DNA from: Heptranchias perlo
Lineage: Eukaryota
DNA: 64,000 nucleotides
Direction: 5' to 3'
Assembly (NCBI RefSeq): GCF_035084215.1
Contig: NC_090346.1
Location: forward strand, 16,244,001 to 16,308,000
The position numbers and the translations under genes were made by a program. The notes under the pieces were generated by a model, which saw only the letters and a program-made list of their open reading frames with translations, ran no database searches and had not been told where the DNA came from. Positions 1 to 14,700 of this stretch are shown piece after piece. Position 1 is the stretch's first letter; each line of letters begins with the position of its first letter.

Positions 1-630
1 ATTGCTCTCCTGATCTTTCTCCTCCACCCCACCCTGTACAGCTGAGCCAATCATGGTGCTATGGACTTGGCTCTGCCTGCACTCCCCAGAGGAGCCCTCT
101 CCCTTAGCAGAATATGGGTTAGAGAGTGAGATGCACTCAGGAGACTCCTGCACTACCTGCCTGGTCCTCCTTGTCTGTCTGGCAGTCACCCAGTCCCTCT
201 CTGCCTGCACTTTCTTAAGCTGTGGGGTGACCACCTTCTGAAACGTGCGAGCCACAAAACTCTGCAGTACATCCGTGAGGCTGAGTGACGCCAGCTGTTG
301 CTCAAGCTCCGAAATCCAGAACTCAAGCTCCTCCAACTGCGACACTTCCTGCACCTATGGTTGTCCAGGACACGGGAGGTGTCCTGCAGTTCCCACATGG
401 CACAGGCCGTGCATTCAATGGGTCTGAGGTACCCTGCCTCTATTTATTAGATTATTAACTAAACTTAACAGAAATAAACTAGAACGAGTTTTAAAAAAAC
501 TCACCAGCTACTCACCAATCAGCTCCGTCCTTTGTGCTGACGTCACTCTGGGTTTTTTCCTTGCTTTTTACCTGCTTCGATGCTCAGCCCCGGTCTCTCG
601 CAGATCTGCGCTCGCTCTGGACGCTCGATT
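1..630 (-). mobile_element. CR1 LINE 5' end (5'UTR + ORF1 zinc-finger start), degenerate
   Basis: IECTACAMWELQD...HRCRKC (CxxC...CxxC) typical of the CR1 ORF1 N-terminus; frameshifted. Confidence 0.65.
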
Positions 631-2523
631 GACCATTCTGAAGGTTAGCAGTCTTCATCACTGTAGAAAAGCAGCTGCTTACATTCTTGCATGCAATGCT
701 TCAGTGTCTGCTGTTCGCTATGCCCACATCGAGCGCCTCTCAAGAGTCCACATTTGACCAGGTTATCTACAGTTTGTGCAGTGTGGATATGTCGTTGTTT
801 CTCCAGTAAGTCTTGTCTGATAGCGATTCTTTGACTGGTTGGTTTCCCAATACTGAGAGGCAGCAAGGGCTTTGTGCACCATTCCATGGGACGATATTGA
901 ATGGTGTTCCCTTCAGTATTACTGCAATTACAAAGTTTTGCCTTGATCAAAGGCACCTCTTAGAGGGCGACTACATGACTGAAAGGGGGTGTCCCCATGG
1001 GGGAGCACTTCACCATGAAATGTGGGGGCAATGGAAACAATTAGAGAGGTCACGCTATGGAATGGGTCAAAATTAGGTAGTCATTTGCTGACTGGCACAG
1101 GAGGAGCAGCTCCAGACTGCAGCACACTATATGGCATTGCATAACTCAGAGCAAAAACTCTACTAGGGCTTCTGCACCCCAGCTTATTAGTCAGTTTCTG
1201 TGGGATGTTATTTCTTATTCAAATTGTTGTTTTTATGTGAGCTGTTTATATAGGAATAAAATACCTGCATTCACATAGCAGTTTATCATTTCAATTATTT
1301 TAAAAGTACTTCAACAATTTGTCTCCTTTTTAAGTGCAGATTGTAGCCAAACACGGCAGCCGTTGTACTCACTGGGGTATCATGAATGACCACTGAATCT
1401 ATTTTATTATTTTGGTTGAGGGAGACCAGGATAACTGTCTGCTCTGCTTCAAAAAGTGTCATGGGCTCTTTAACGTCCATCATCACAAACAGACAATAAA
1501 TCAGCTTAACATCTCATCTGAAGGATGGCATCTTTAACAATACAATGCAGCAATCCCTCACTACTGCAAGATGGGATGAGTTTAGATTATGTACTCAAAT
1601 CCTAGTAAGGGGCTTAAACTCACAACTTTCTGACCTAGAGGTAAGAGTATTAGATGCCAAACCAAGCTCTGTATGCTAAGGTAGACTGAATGACTGCTGT
1701 ATCCAATAACTGCCTTAACACAGACAGTGACTCCACATGATGTACAGGAGTGATTGTTTAACCATCTTTTATTTATTAATATAGGCCTCTGACACTGGTC
1801 TTCTCTCATCTATATGTTTAAACAAGTATGGTTACAGCAAAAGTGCTGGGATATAGTTTGATGCTCCTTAATCCTACAAAGTTGACAATTTCAGCTAATA
1901 AGGAAACGGAAGAAGACAGACAGTAATATAAAAGTAAATACCAGGTTAGCCACTGTCAATGAAAACATCAGTGTGAATATAACTCAAATTTTCCCAGTTT
2001 ATATTCTCAGGAACTGTTTCTGTCAACAGTGAACAAAGGAAAATATATCCCCCAAGGGAAATTCCTGATATTTTTTTACACATTTTTGTGAAAAATTATA
2101 ACAAGGAAAGGCCACACTGCTTACTGTGGATCTTCCTGCACAGTACATTTGGGAAGGGAGAATGGAAATATCTGAATACTTGCACCTACACATATAAAAG
2201 GGGATTTTCAACATTACAGACTTTCAGAATAGTTAGTGTCCTTTGAACCTTTTACTGAAATAGCCCAGTACTGATTTTAATACTTGACACACCCCCATCA
2301 GCAATAACAGACACTGTGAAACAGTCCAGTACATCAATCCAAATACTGTGGAAAAGCTTTACATTGTGCACAAGAAACATAAGTCACCTTAAGGTTTAAG
2401 TGCTTTTTTCCTGCAAACATATTTAGTGCTTTTCACTCAACTGTGATGAGGTAAACAGGTTTCAAATAAATAATTAAATGGCAAAACTGCTTTTCTTGCA
2501 TTAATCTTAGTGCAGGGAAAACA

Positions 2524-2755
2524 TTATATTTCTGTTGTCCTGGCTCCCACACATTTGTAGACATAGACAGTGCCATCGTTCTTTCTGGCCAGGAGGCAGG
2601 AGTCGGCCTCTGCCCAGTGGAAAAGTGACCAGTGCATATTGGGGTCGTGCTGCAGCATGGTTGAGATGTGGCCAGACAGTAGGTTCCAAAGCACCAGTGT
2701 TCCAGGGGTTACAACTGCTGCGATGGACTGGCCCTTGACACCTCCATCAAGGTAC
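2524..2755 (-). CDS. PALB2: PALB2 last coding exon
   Basis: [28 protein letters not shown]...WSLFHW...[17 protein letters not shown]. Confidence 0.93.
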
Positions 2756-5700
2756 CTGCTTAAGAAATAAATTCATTTGAAAAAAAAGGGAGAAAGTTAT
2801 TTTTTCACTACTGCTGTTATTAAGCTAAGTAAATAAAACACTTAGCACAAACATATTCCATCAATTTTATGAGAGCTTGGAACAAAAAGAAAACACTTGG
2901 GGGAGGGGGTGCAGGGGATCATTTTAACCTAACGTGCCCACCGGGAAACCGATGGGATCGGATCAGGCGCTTGTTTTACACCACACCCGATTTTAATTTC
3001 CTTCGATCAGCTAACTTAGCAGAGAGAGGATCGAACTGGAGACATTCTAGTCTGCGTAGATCAGTAACACACTGGACGATGTTTTTACCAATGGATGCAT
3101 CGAGGGGGAAGTAGAAGCATTTTCCTAAAGAAGGGCATTTATGCACACGTAATACAAAATGCACCTTACCTTCCATTCCATCCCAGGGGAAGCTTGTACA
3201 ACATGACGGGAACACTTTTACCACTCATGGGATTAACACCAACCATTCTCAAAACACAGACCCGCCCTCCGATAGATCCTTCGGAGGGGCCAACATACCG
3301 GTGACTGAGGAGAACGAACAATATGCCCTAAAATACAAAGATAAAACAATTATTATTAATATCTACTTCCAACAGGCACAGTCCGTTTTCATTTCACTGC
3401 TGCTTTGGGAGCTGCGTTCACAATTCTGTTGATTTATAGTTAGAGCCATTGCATTCCGCGATTCTGTTCACTTTTCTGTGAAATTTGACCGCAAATGCTA
3501 AAAGTACACAGGACTGTCATCATCTGTACAGTTGGGAGGGGGGCGGGGGTGCTGGGGAAGAAGAGAGGTTAACTTTTCAGGTATCGATCCTTAATCAGAA
3601 CTCTGGTTTGACGAAGGATTGATATCTGAAATATTAACCGGTCTTTTGGCTCTCCTCGCAGACACCGACATTCCTGTTGTGTATCCCCAGCATTTGCAGT
3701 TTCTATTGCAAGTCATTTAATTGAGTGGCTGACAGTCAGCTGGTCCAGACTTCGTAATGTTCTCATTTGTTGGCACTGTGAACAAAATGATTGAAATTAA
3801 ATACATGTCGTTGGTCCAGGGTTACACAGACTATACCACAGGTGCATGTCCGCATTTCGAAACTGTTTATTAAGAACAAACAGCCCATTTCCGTTATGGA
3901 GAGTTATGGGTTTTTTTTGTTGTAATCTTTTGTTCTCGAATCATCAGGGTATTAGATGAAACATCGGTGCATCTTGCTCTCAGCATCAGCATCAGACCCT
4001 CCTAGGTCAGATATGCATGAAATAAACATGGAGTAAATCTCACTCCTAAATTTAGATAAGCAGTTTCCTACTGCACCAGTCTGGCATTGCTGTTTCCAAC
4101 ATTGGCCATTCTGTGTCCTCTTTGCAGTTCACAATTACATGCCAAATTATGCCAGTTTTGTGCTGTGGACTTGCACCAACTAGGAACCGGCTAAATTCAC
4201 TTCAGTTAAGACCCTTACAACCAGACACAACTTTCCTTCCATCAATCTGAACTGGATTCAAAACATAGGTTTCAGAAGTGAAAGGTAAATATAGGGACAC
4301 CAGGTCTCTCGCTCAAATAGCACTCCCTCTTATCAGAGTATTATGTGTAGCATTTCATTTACTCCCTGGTCCCCACTATCATTAAATCCACAATGCTATA
4401 CAACTCTTATCTCGTTAATCTGTTGCTAATGCGCTCCCCCCTCCCGGAAGTAAAAATGTCACAAACCAGAGGTCTGTGAAATATTGCCACCATCTGCAAT
4501 TATAAAGATAAAAGTACTGATCCTTACAGACTCTGAATAGGCCTTCTGGCAGACAGTACCAGGGTATCTTTCACTTAAATGGATCCTCTTCAGGAGATGC
4601 CCAGTCTTTAAGTTCCTAAGAGATAAACACACAAAAATCAATCTGGTCCGAGTTTCTCTCCTTTCCACTATCTGACCAACACCCATTGAATAATATCACT
4701 CATGACATATCACAAAGAACAAAGCGATGCACACAGAAAACAGGGAGAGGAGTTGAATGGAGGAGGGTCAGACTGTGGTGAGACTGGGATTAAAACACCT
4801 ACAGTAGTTTGAATAGTACTTTTATATAGTGATTTATCACATCTATCAGAAATGCCCCAAACTGTTTCACATACAATGAATCACATTGAAGTATATTGTC
4901 ATTATGTTGGCAAATGTGACAACCATTTTTCACACAGCAAGACCCCATTAACAGCAGTGAGATTAAATACTGATTAATCTGTTTATAAGTGGTGTTAGCT
5001 GAAGGAGGAATGTAGGCCCAAACATTTGGAGAACTTCCTGCTCTTCTTCAATGGGATCTTTTAACATCCATCTGAACCACCAGTAGTAGTCAGGGCCTGG
5101 GTTAACGTCTCATCCGAAGGACAGCACCTGCGACAAGGTGGCATTCTCTGAGCAATACACTGGAGTGTCAACTCATGTCCTGGATAGAGGCTCGAATCCA
5201 CATCCTTCTTACCCTTAGGTGAGAGTGCTACCAACTGAGCCAGGCTGATACCATCCCCGAGGGTTACACGCTCAAATGTTACTTGCTCATACATTTTGAA
5301 AATCTGATTAAACAACAGGATTACATGGAAGAAGAAAGCAGACGTTGCTATTTTAATCACAGCCAACTTCAGGCTAGAGCAGCTCATGCAGGTATCAGCT
5401 ATTAATCCTTGAATAGTTAGTTGGTGTTCAAGGCAGAAGATCAGCATACAGGCTTTAAGGTAGGCAAGGGATGTGTGGGCCACAACTGTCTAGTGTCACA
5501 AAGTTAGAAGTGAGCGACAATCATATCGGCATTAAAAATATAAACCCAATGAAAACCCAGTTTTTCTAAATTTGCCATGATCTAATTGAATAGCGGGACA
5601 GGCTTGAGGGTCTGAATGGCCCACTCCTGTTCCTATGCTCCCACCTCCAAGATGGAGGGTGAGAGCCAGAAGAAGAGGTTTAAAACTTTGAGAGAGGAGA

Positions 5701-8700
5701 AAAAGGATAGGAAAATAGGTTAGCCTAGATTAGTTTTCCTTTTTTTTTCTACCTCAAGTTAAACTAAAGGCAGGAGGGAGAATGGACGTGGGAAAGAAAC
5801 TACAGAGCCTGCAGGGAATGCAGAACCAACTGAAATTGTGTTCCGAGTGTGTATTTTAACACTTATGGGTTAGTAAGGCTATTTCTGATGTTTCAGTAGT
5901 TTATTACTGCAAGATATTTATATCACTAATTTCAGCCTCACTGCATGAGCTGAAATCATATGAAACAGTCAAGCGAGGATGACAGGACTTGTTCAGTCAA
6001 GGGTTAATAGAGTCAATGAATGAATGAGAAACGATGGGTACACTCGATTCTGTAATCCAGTCAGAGGGAGTTATGCACTCACCAGATAACGATGTTGCTC
6101 ATTATAGTCGATCCAATCAAAGCTTCCGCCTCCCCTTCGACTTCACTGAAAGCCAGAACCATCTCATTGGGTGGGACCAGCTGCATGCATCGCTCACTCC
6201 TAACCGCAAGAATTCAGACAGACAGTCATTAACTCTACACAAAATATTTCCTCTCCTCCCCCAGCTCCATAAAGGCACCATTTTCCTGTTTCAGGTCTGG
6301 GTGGGCAATGTTGTGGGGGGGGGGGAAATGTCAGGTTTGGGAAATAAGGAACCCATTTAAGGTGCTAGTTGCAAACGTGATGAGGCATGGGAAACCATGG
6401 TCTCCTGGAGCTTGCTTGATTGCCTTAGGGAGTGCGAGAGGAATTTCCCCAGAGCGTTTCCTAAATTGGCCGCAGTTATTTGCTTCTCCCTTGGCATTGG
6501 TTTATCCCAGATCAGGACAAATTTAAATCATGTTATGGTTGCTTTTGACCAATGGTGGCTCTACTTCCATATCCACTATGTCACCTGGGTCACTTGCCAT
6601 TACCAAGTTGAAATGAGTTATCTTTTGTGGCATCTCTAGCACGAGGAATCAGAAAGCGGCCACGCAATCCATTTTCTAATTAGATCTAGACTGCTTGGGT
6701 ATTCCCAGTTGACATCAGATTGGTTAAAATCCTTTGTTAGTACAATCATTCTATTTAACCAACCTTCCTTTCTTCTTCGTAAACTAACCCATCTTACTTT
6801 TTGTTGTGTCCTGGTGATCTATGGGAAACCCTCAGTTATCCCACTGAAATACATACTTCCAGAAAGCTCTGTGGGAGGATTATCCTCTATCAATGGGACA
6901 ACTGTCTTCACCTCTTAGTGTCCCAACATGTGGTGCTACTCCCCCTTCATCCTTGTTTAATCTGTTGCTCTTGAACCCTTTAAACCCTTGTATGTTGCAC
7001 TTTTTGCCATAATTTTAATGCTCCAAACAAACATCAGCCAGACAATAGCTAACACATTTTGCAAATTTGAGGTTTTGCTGACCAAGCAAACCAACACAGA
7101 AACAAGATAAAAACAAACTCTGACCGTCCTTCTTTGGAGAGTGTGCTCAGTTCTATGCGTTGTCTCTGGAGTATGCCACAAGAGCAGATCAGCCTCCTTC
7201 CAGGCAGCCCGCGCACTGCATTTATATCTCCTGTCTGCAGCAGAGTGTGTTCCATGAAGCCTCTCTCAGTGGAGTGCAATACTCTTAAACAAACAGCAGC
7301 AGTAGAAAAATCGATCAGCCACTTTGCTTGTCTGTCTGTAACATACCACTATGAGCTGAGCTGCGACCTCATTTGCTGTAATGCATTTCCCTTTGATCCA
7401 TTATTAGGATTGCAGTTACACTCTGAATAAATAATAATGGAGTTCTTTTTTGTTTTAAAAAAAGTTTGGAGAATCTGCACTCAAAGTGAAGGGTGTCAGT
7501 GCTGGGAATGGAACGGTTCACCATTAAATATGCACTCTAGTCTGGCGTAGAACAGGTTTGATACAGAATAAAGTTCCCTCTACGCTGTCTCAACAAACAC
7601 TCCCAGGGCAGGTTTAGCACGGGTTCGATGAAGAGTAAAGCTCCCTCTACGTTGTACCGTCACACTCCCAGATCAGGTATAGCACAGGCTAGATATAGAG
7701 CAAAGCTCTTTACAGTGTCTGGATACTGTACCTTAACTGCAAGTGAAGTCAATCTGTATGCAAGTGAACAGTTACATAATGCTTATAAAATTCAAGTAAA
7801 CTCTCTTTAAAAGGCTGTCTGGCTTTTTTACGCAGTGAGTGGTTGTGATCTGGACTGCACTGCCTGAGGGGGTGGTGGAGGCAGATTCAATCGTGGCTTT
7901 CAAAAGGGAATTGGATAAGTACTTGAAGGGAAAAAATTTGCAGGGCTACGGGAAAATGGCAGGGGAGTGGAACTAGCTGGATTGCTCATGCAGAGAGCTG
8001 GCACAGGCTCGATGGGCCGAATGGTCTCCTTCTGTGCTGTAGCCATTCTATGATTCTAGAACGCACTTTAACATTAATGGCCCCTCACTATGACACACTC
8101 TTTGAAGCTTCTTTAAAAAAAAATCTCCCCTCATGAAGCCACACACAGTAGTCCCACAAAGACAGAGACCAAGAAGATGTCCTGCTTCTGCACCTGCTAA
8201 TTCTGCTCTCTAACCAGCTGCTGAGAGTTATGTGAGAGCAGGCCAGTGGGCTAACGACTGGTCTCCACTCAGTGCTTCCTCTAATGGCATGGCATTGCAG
8301 AGAACATCTGGGAACTAACCCAAGTACTATCACTCGCCAACGCACAGCAAGAGTGCCAGAATTCTGTGCCAATGCATTCTCTTCAGGTTTTTCTCTGCAT
8401 TTCTTAGAAAATAGTTTTCCTCACACTACTCAGTATCCAAGAGGGTAGCTGCAGGCCTTTACCCGTGAAAACTGCCAAGAGGGGTATCTGATTGGGCCTG
8501 GGATGCTTCTGCTGCTTTCCCCTCCCATTAGGTCAGAAAGCACCTGGTCTCTGCTCTGTGCTGGCACCTCGGCCCAGCAACTGAGCAGTGTGCAAATCCA
8601 TTTCACATCACTCCGTGTGCTGATGGTGCAAAGAACTTTGGAGGCCTGTCTATTTCAACGGTTTGATTATAAAATGTAACAATATACTGTGGAACTGGTT

Positions 8701-11700
8701 ATTTTCGTGAAAACATCCAGTGTGCAAAACTATAATTACCACAAAAATACCTGATTGGAGATAGTGTGCCAGGATGCAAAGGTTGCTCCACAATTTTAAA
8801 TTTAGTGCAAAACCCCAATCCCTGCAAAATGTTGTGAGGTGTGTAATCAATCTTTTCTACAGTATTTCTATGGTTTTGTCAATGAGCTTTGTAGCCTTAC
8901 TTCACTTCCCTTATCTCCAGGCTTCCAAAGGCCACACATAGGATGTTCACAGCATCTGGAATGGGGATGAGTTCGATTATAGGAACCTGCAAGGAGGAGT
9001 GGAGACCAAATTAGCACCTAAATCAGGTAAAAACTTCAAAAAGCAGAGGGCTCCTGTACCTCACTATTGATCACAACAATCAGCCCACTTCCTGTTGAGT
9101 TTCGATCCAAAACACAATACAAACTGTACATGAAACCAAAATAAAACTGTTGCCAACTGGTCTGTAAACATACCCAATCAGATAAGATGCCGGCTTGCAC
9201 TGTGGCATCAATGACTTGTGATGCGAAACCAGATTGGGACGAAGCAGAGGTATCTACTCCTACTAATTTGATTTGAGAGTTCAGATACACTCAGACGAGT
9301 TCCTAATTGCAGCCTTGTCACAGTAGGGAGTTGCCTAGCAGAAGACCCAACAACCTCCCTACAGACTAACAGGAGCAAAAAAAAGGAGGTAGCAGATCTC
9401 TGGCCTGCTTTTACGTGTCCTCTGGCAGATGACTCAGACACTGGTTCAGGTTGGGGACCCAATCACCTGCCATGTTCACCAGTGGTCCGGTGAACATGAA
9501 ATGCAAGTTAAATCAGGGGTTGAATACCAAACAAACACAGTTTGGTTTGCTTTAAGCACAGCAGACAAGTTTAAAACGGAATCAAGATACAGTAAAACTC
9601 ATATCTGTTGGTAACCCAGTGTACACATCTTCCTTTAAATATTACTTTCTTTTTTAATCCAGATATACAACGTATAACAATCCTGAGGGGTTGGGGTGTG
9701 GGAAGGTGGAGTTAAGGCTCCTCCCAAACCAGGGGAAGAGGATGTTAGCTATACAAGGCAAAACCTGGAAGGATCTTTTGGGGGTGTGGAGAGGAGAACA
9801 GAGAGGTGAACGGAAATGTCACGTTCCGACTTGTAGCTCCAATGCTGTTTATTATTAAGCACATTTCCACATACAGTGGAGTTGTTGGAAGGCCCTCATT
9901 TATCTGGTGCTATGTAGGTTTTCACAGATGTCACAAGACAGGCTGATGAGGCTTTAAACTTTATCATTTCAACAAGGCATCCATAATATTGTCAGAATTT
10001 AAAGCAGTTGGGTCAAACGTTTACTTTAATGCTATTCAAAGTGAATCATTTAGCACTGAATACAAGACAGTCTGATCAGAATGAAGCCAATTCCCAGCAA
10101 CGAGAAGGGCACAGGCAGCCATACCTTATCGAAGGCCCACGTATGAATATTAGTCCACTGGTTGAGTTGCTGTGGGGCCCACAGGAACACCGCTGTTTCA
10201 CAGGCACAGGTGATACATAAAGTTCTGGCCTCTTTCACTACCCAGAATACTGTGCACAAGTCAATAACGCAAGAAGTGGATGGAGTCTATAAATACAAGC
10301 GATAAAACCATTTATTGTCCTCAAATATTAATACATCAATGAGCCATTGCTATTACAGAACAAGTCTGCCTCACAACAGGAACCAGGGCCGCACTATAGG
10401 ACCAATTTTATTAACGGAGAGCCTCTCCCACAAGCAATGCATATTGTGAAATCACTCGGCTCCCCGCTGATAGCATGCATTCATAAAACCGGCCCCTATA
10501 CCTGCACCGGACTCTTGATTAGAATGGGTATAAATTTGCCCTTTTGTAGGAGACCCATCCGAAAAAGACCCATTTATTCCTACTCTGTTTCCTGTCTGTT
10601 AACCAATTTCCAATCCATGCCAGTATATTATCACCAATCCCATGTGCTTTAATTTTGCACACTAACCTCTTATGTGGGACTTTATCAAAGGCCTTCTGAA
10701 AATCCAAATAAACACATCTACTGGTTCTCCCTTATCTATTCTACCAGTTGCATCCTCAAAACACTCCAGTAGGTTTGTCAAACATGATTTCCCTTTCATA
10801 AATCCACACTGACTTTGTCTAATCCCACTGATATTTTCTAAGTGTCCTGTTATCGCATCCTTTATAATGGACTCCAGCATTTTCCCTACTACTGATGTTA
10901 GGCTAACCAATCTGTAGTTTCCTGTTTTCTCTCTCTCTCTCCTTTTTTAACCTAGTGGGGTTACAATTTTCCCCCTACTCTTGTGATGGCTCCGACTCCT
11001 GCAGTAGGTTTTCCACATGAAACTACAGTACCTGCTGCTCCCCATGGTCATTTCCTATTTGTGAGCCTAAACAGTAAAATGACCATTTAAGCACATGACA
11101 GCCAAGCCTAAGCATGTCTCAATGCAGTCAGCATTTTCAGTAGCCAGGTCTAGGCAAGCAGCTCTAATATTGTTTCTGCTAATCAGCTGATTACTTTCAT
11201 TGCATTAAAATTCTTATTAAGTGGAGATGAAGGAAACCTACAATTGGTTAGTAAACAGGGCAAAAGAGCAGGCATGGTACAAGAGAATTCCTACGTGTCA
11301 AGTCACTCTTGTACATCTGCTCCTCAAACGAATGAATAAGATACGGTTGGGGGAGTGGGGGGGTTCAAAAGCAGAAGGAAAACTAATTTCCGGAGATTTG
11401 GGTCAACCATACCAAGTTCCCAGCACCATTCCCAGGGTTAAGTTCAGAGCTGGACATTATACTGAACCAGTTTAAAATCAGGTTTCTATCACTGGTATCA
11501 GTCCCTGTGCAGAGTAAACGCTGCCTTTTTAATTCTGGTATTGGTCAGTATTTACTAACCTGTATCTTGGAGATCAGCTGCAATGTCTGCCTCTTCAGTT
11601 TTTGCTCTAACTGGCTAGCAGGAAGAGCAGGAGTCAGGGTATCCTTCTCCTACAAAAAAAAGTTAGTTAAAAGACTTTGAAACCAAAATAAGTTACGCAC

Positions 11701-14700
11701 AACCTGTTCAAGAGTGTAGAACTGCTGGATTCTAGGCATGTGCACAAAGCCAGTGCTCTCCCCCATCTGTTTCAAAATGAACCAAAGGTAAAAACTGCCA
11801 AGTTGCTACATAAACACACATACTGCACACACATAAGCTTAATTAATGCTGTCTCCTACCTAATGCATTCAGGGTAAAATTGAAAACGGGGAAGGGAGGG
11901 AAGTGAACATTAGAGGTGGTAGATTTAACACAAATAATAATTGCATTTCTTCTGTTTAGGATAGTTCGAGAAAGAAACTGTTTTACTCTGAAACAGGGAC
12001 AGATCAGAGCAGTACAATAAGAAATGTCCTCTTTTCAGTTCTGCATCCCTGAATCACACATCTTTCACAGAGGGGATGCAAGTTACAGCAGCCTGGCTCA
12101 GTACAGCGGCTCACCAGATAACCTAACCCTTGTGGGATAGTGTTCAGCCTCTATTTTGCACCTCTCCCTCATCAGCATATTCATGATCAGGGACTTGGCG
12201 GGCATTACCCTGCACCCCCAACACTCTGTGGAAACAAAACTCACCACCACACTAACCTGCATGTACCAATAAAGATTTTACCTCTTCAATTACAGTGTTC
12301 TCTTCGGAAAATTCTACAGCATGAACTTCATTCAGCACCTCTGGCTGACTGAACTTCATCTCACAATCGACGTGGAAATGCTCCTCAGTTCTCTCATCTT
12401 TCTTATCTAGAGGTTCTCTTGCAGACAAAACACACAGTGTGTCTTCTTTTACTGCTGGAATGGACCGATTTAACTCAGATGGCTCCACTCCTTCAGCGGA
12501 TGTCTGCGACCATTTCCCACAGTTCCCATCGTTATTCTGAACATCTTCACACATATGTGACCATGTGCTAGTTTGGGATGAATTCTGGTTTTGACAATTG
12601 CTTTGGGAAAGCACCGGAGAATGTCCAATCGGACCAGATGCAGGAGTGAAGCCAAGTGAAGGGAACACAGGGCTACCTGCACCTCGGTCATGCTGGTGAA
12701 CGCTTCTTTCCTGTGGAGTACAGGAAGGCGTAGATAGCAGTACGCTGGAAGATAGTTTATGGCCAGGTGTAGTTTTTGGCATTTCCTGACCGTAAGGGCA
12801 AATGACACCATCTGCCGCTGGTTCTTCTGGTGTCCTGCTCAATTCCTTGCAGTCCGAACTCTCTGGGTGGAAAACATTTGTGTATTAATCGGGTTCATTA
12901 CAAGGTTCTAGCTTTCAATTTAATTGAGCATTAAAATGACTAACTTGTGTTTAATGGATGCACATCCATACATTTAGATGGATAACATGCAAAAATGGAG
13001 ATTCTCACTTACACGGATGAAAGGTTTCACCACAGCAGATAAACCTGTCCCTGATCTGATGTTCACCCATCAGTGGGGAGTTTAAAAAATATCACAACTA
13101 AAACCCACTGTCACTGAATAAGCAGATTGGCACACGATCACACACATTGTTTATAGAGGAAACAATACCTTCATATTTAAATTTGTTCTATTACAAAATC
13201 AAAGCAGCATATCATTCAGTAAAATAGCAGACTCAGAAAGATAGAAAATAGGAGCAGGAGTAGGCCTTATGGCCATTCAATATGATCATGGCTGATCTTC
13301 TATCTCAATACCATATTCCCGCTCTCTCCCCATACTCCTTGATCCCTTTTGTGTCTAGAAATCTATCTTAAATATATTCAATGACTTGGCCTCCACAGCC
13401 TTCTGTGGTAAAGAATTCCACAGGTTCACCACCCACTGAGTGAAGAAATTTCTCCTCATCTCTGTCCTAAATGTCCTACCCCGTATCCTGAGACTGTGAC
13501 CCCCTCGTTCTGGACCCCCAGCCAGGGGAAACATTCTCCCTGCATCCAGCCCTGCCAGAATTTTATATGTTTCAATGAGATCCCCTCTCAGTCTTCTGAA
13601 CTCGAGTGAATACAGGCCTAGTCGACCCAATCTCTCCTCATACGACTGTCCTGCCATCCCAGGAATCAGTCTGGTGAACCTTCGCTGCACTCCCTCTTAG
13701 GTAAGGAGACCAAAACTGCACACAATACTCCAGGTGTGGTCTCACCAAGGCCCTGTATAACTCCAGTAAGACATCCTTACTCCTCTTGCAATGAAGGCCA
13801 ACATACCATTTGCCTTCCTAACTGCTTCCTGCACCTGCATGGTGTACAAGGGCACCCAGGTCCCTTTGTACATCAACATTTCCCAATCTATCACCATTTA
13901 AATAATACTCTGCCTAGTCTGTTTTTCCTTCCAAAGTGGATAACTTCACATTTATCCACATTATACTGCATCTGCCATGTATTTGCCCACTCACTCAACT
14001 TGTCTAAATCGCCTTGAAGCCTCTTTGCATCCTCCTCACAACTCATGATCCCATCTAGTTTTGTGTCGTCAGCAAACTTGGAAATATTACATTTGGTTCC
14101 CTCATCCAAATCATTGATATATATTGTGAATAGCTGGGGCCCAAGCACTGATCCCTGCGGTACCCCACTAGTCACCGCCTACCATCCCGAAAAAGACCTA
14201 TTTATTTCTACTCTCTGTTTCCTGTCTGTTAACCAATTTGCAATCCATGCCAGTATATTACCACCAATCCCATGTGCTTTAATTTTGCACACTAACCTCT
14301 TATGTGGAACTTTAACAAAGGCCTTCTGAAAATCCAAATAAACCACATCCATTGGTTCTCCTTATCTATTTTACCAGTTACATCCTCAAAAAACTCCAGT
14401 AGGTTTGTCAAACACAATTTCCCTTTTATAAATCCATGTTGACTTTGTCTAATCCCGTTGATATTTTCTAAGTGTCATGTTATCACATCCTTTATAATAG
14501 ATTCTAGCATTTTCCCTACTACTGATGTTAGGCTAACCGGTCTGTAGTTCCCTGTTTTCTCTATCCCTCCTTCTTTAAATAGTGGGGTTACATTTGCCAC
14601 CCTCCAATCTGCAGGAACTGTTCCATAATCTATAGAATTTTGGAAACAGGAGGCCATTCAGCCCTTCAAGCCTGTTTCGCCATTCAATTAGATCATGGCT

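Noticed and set aside
12257-12281. Alternative PALB2 donor G|gttagt at 12257
   Set aside because: Phase 1, incompatible with the phase-0 next exon; the donor at 12282 fits.
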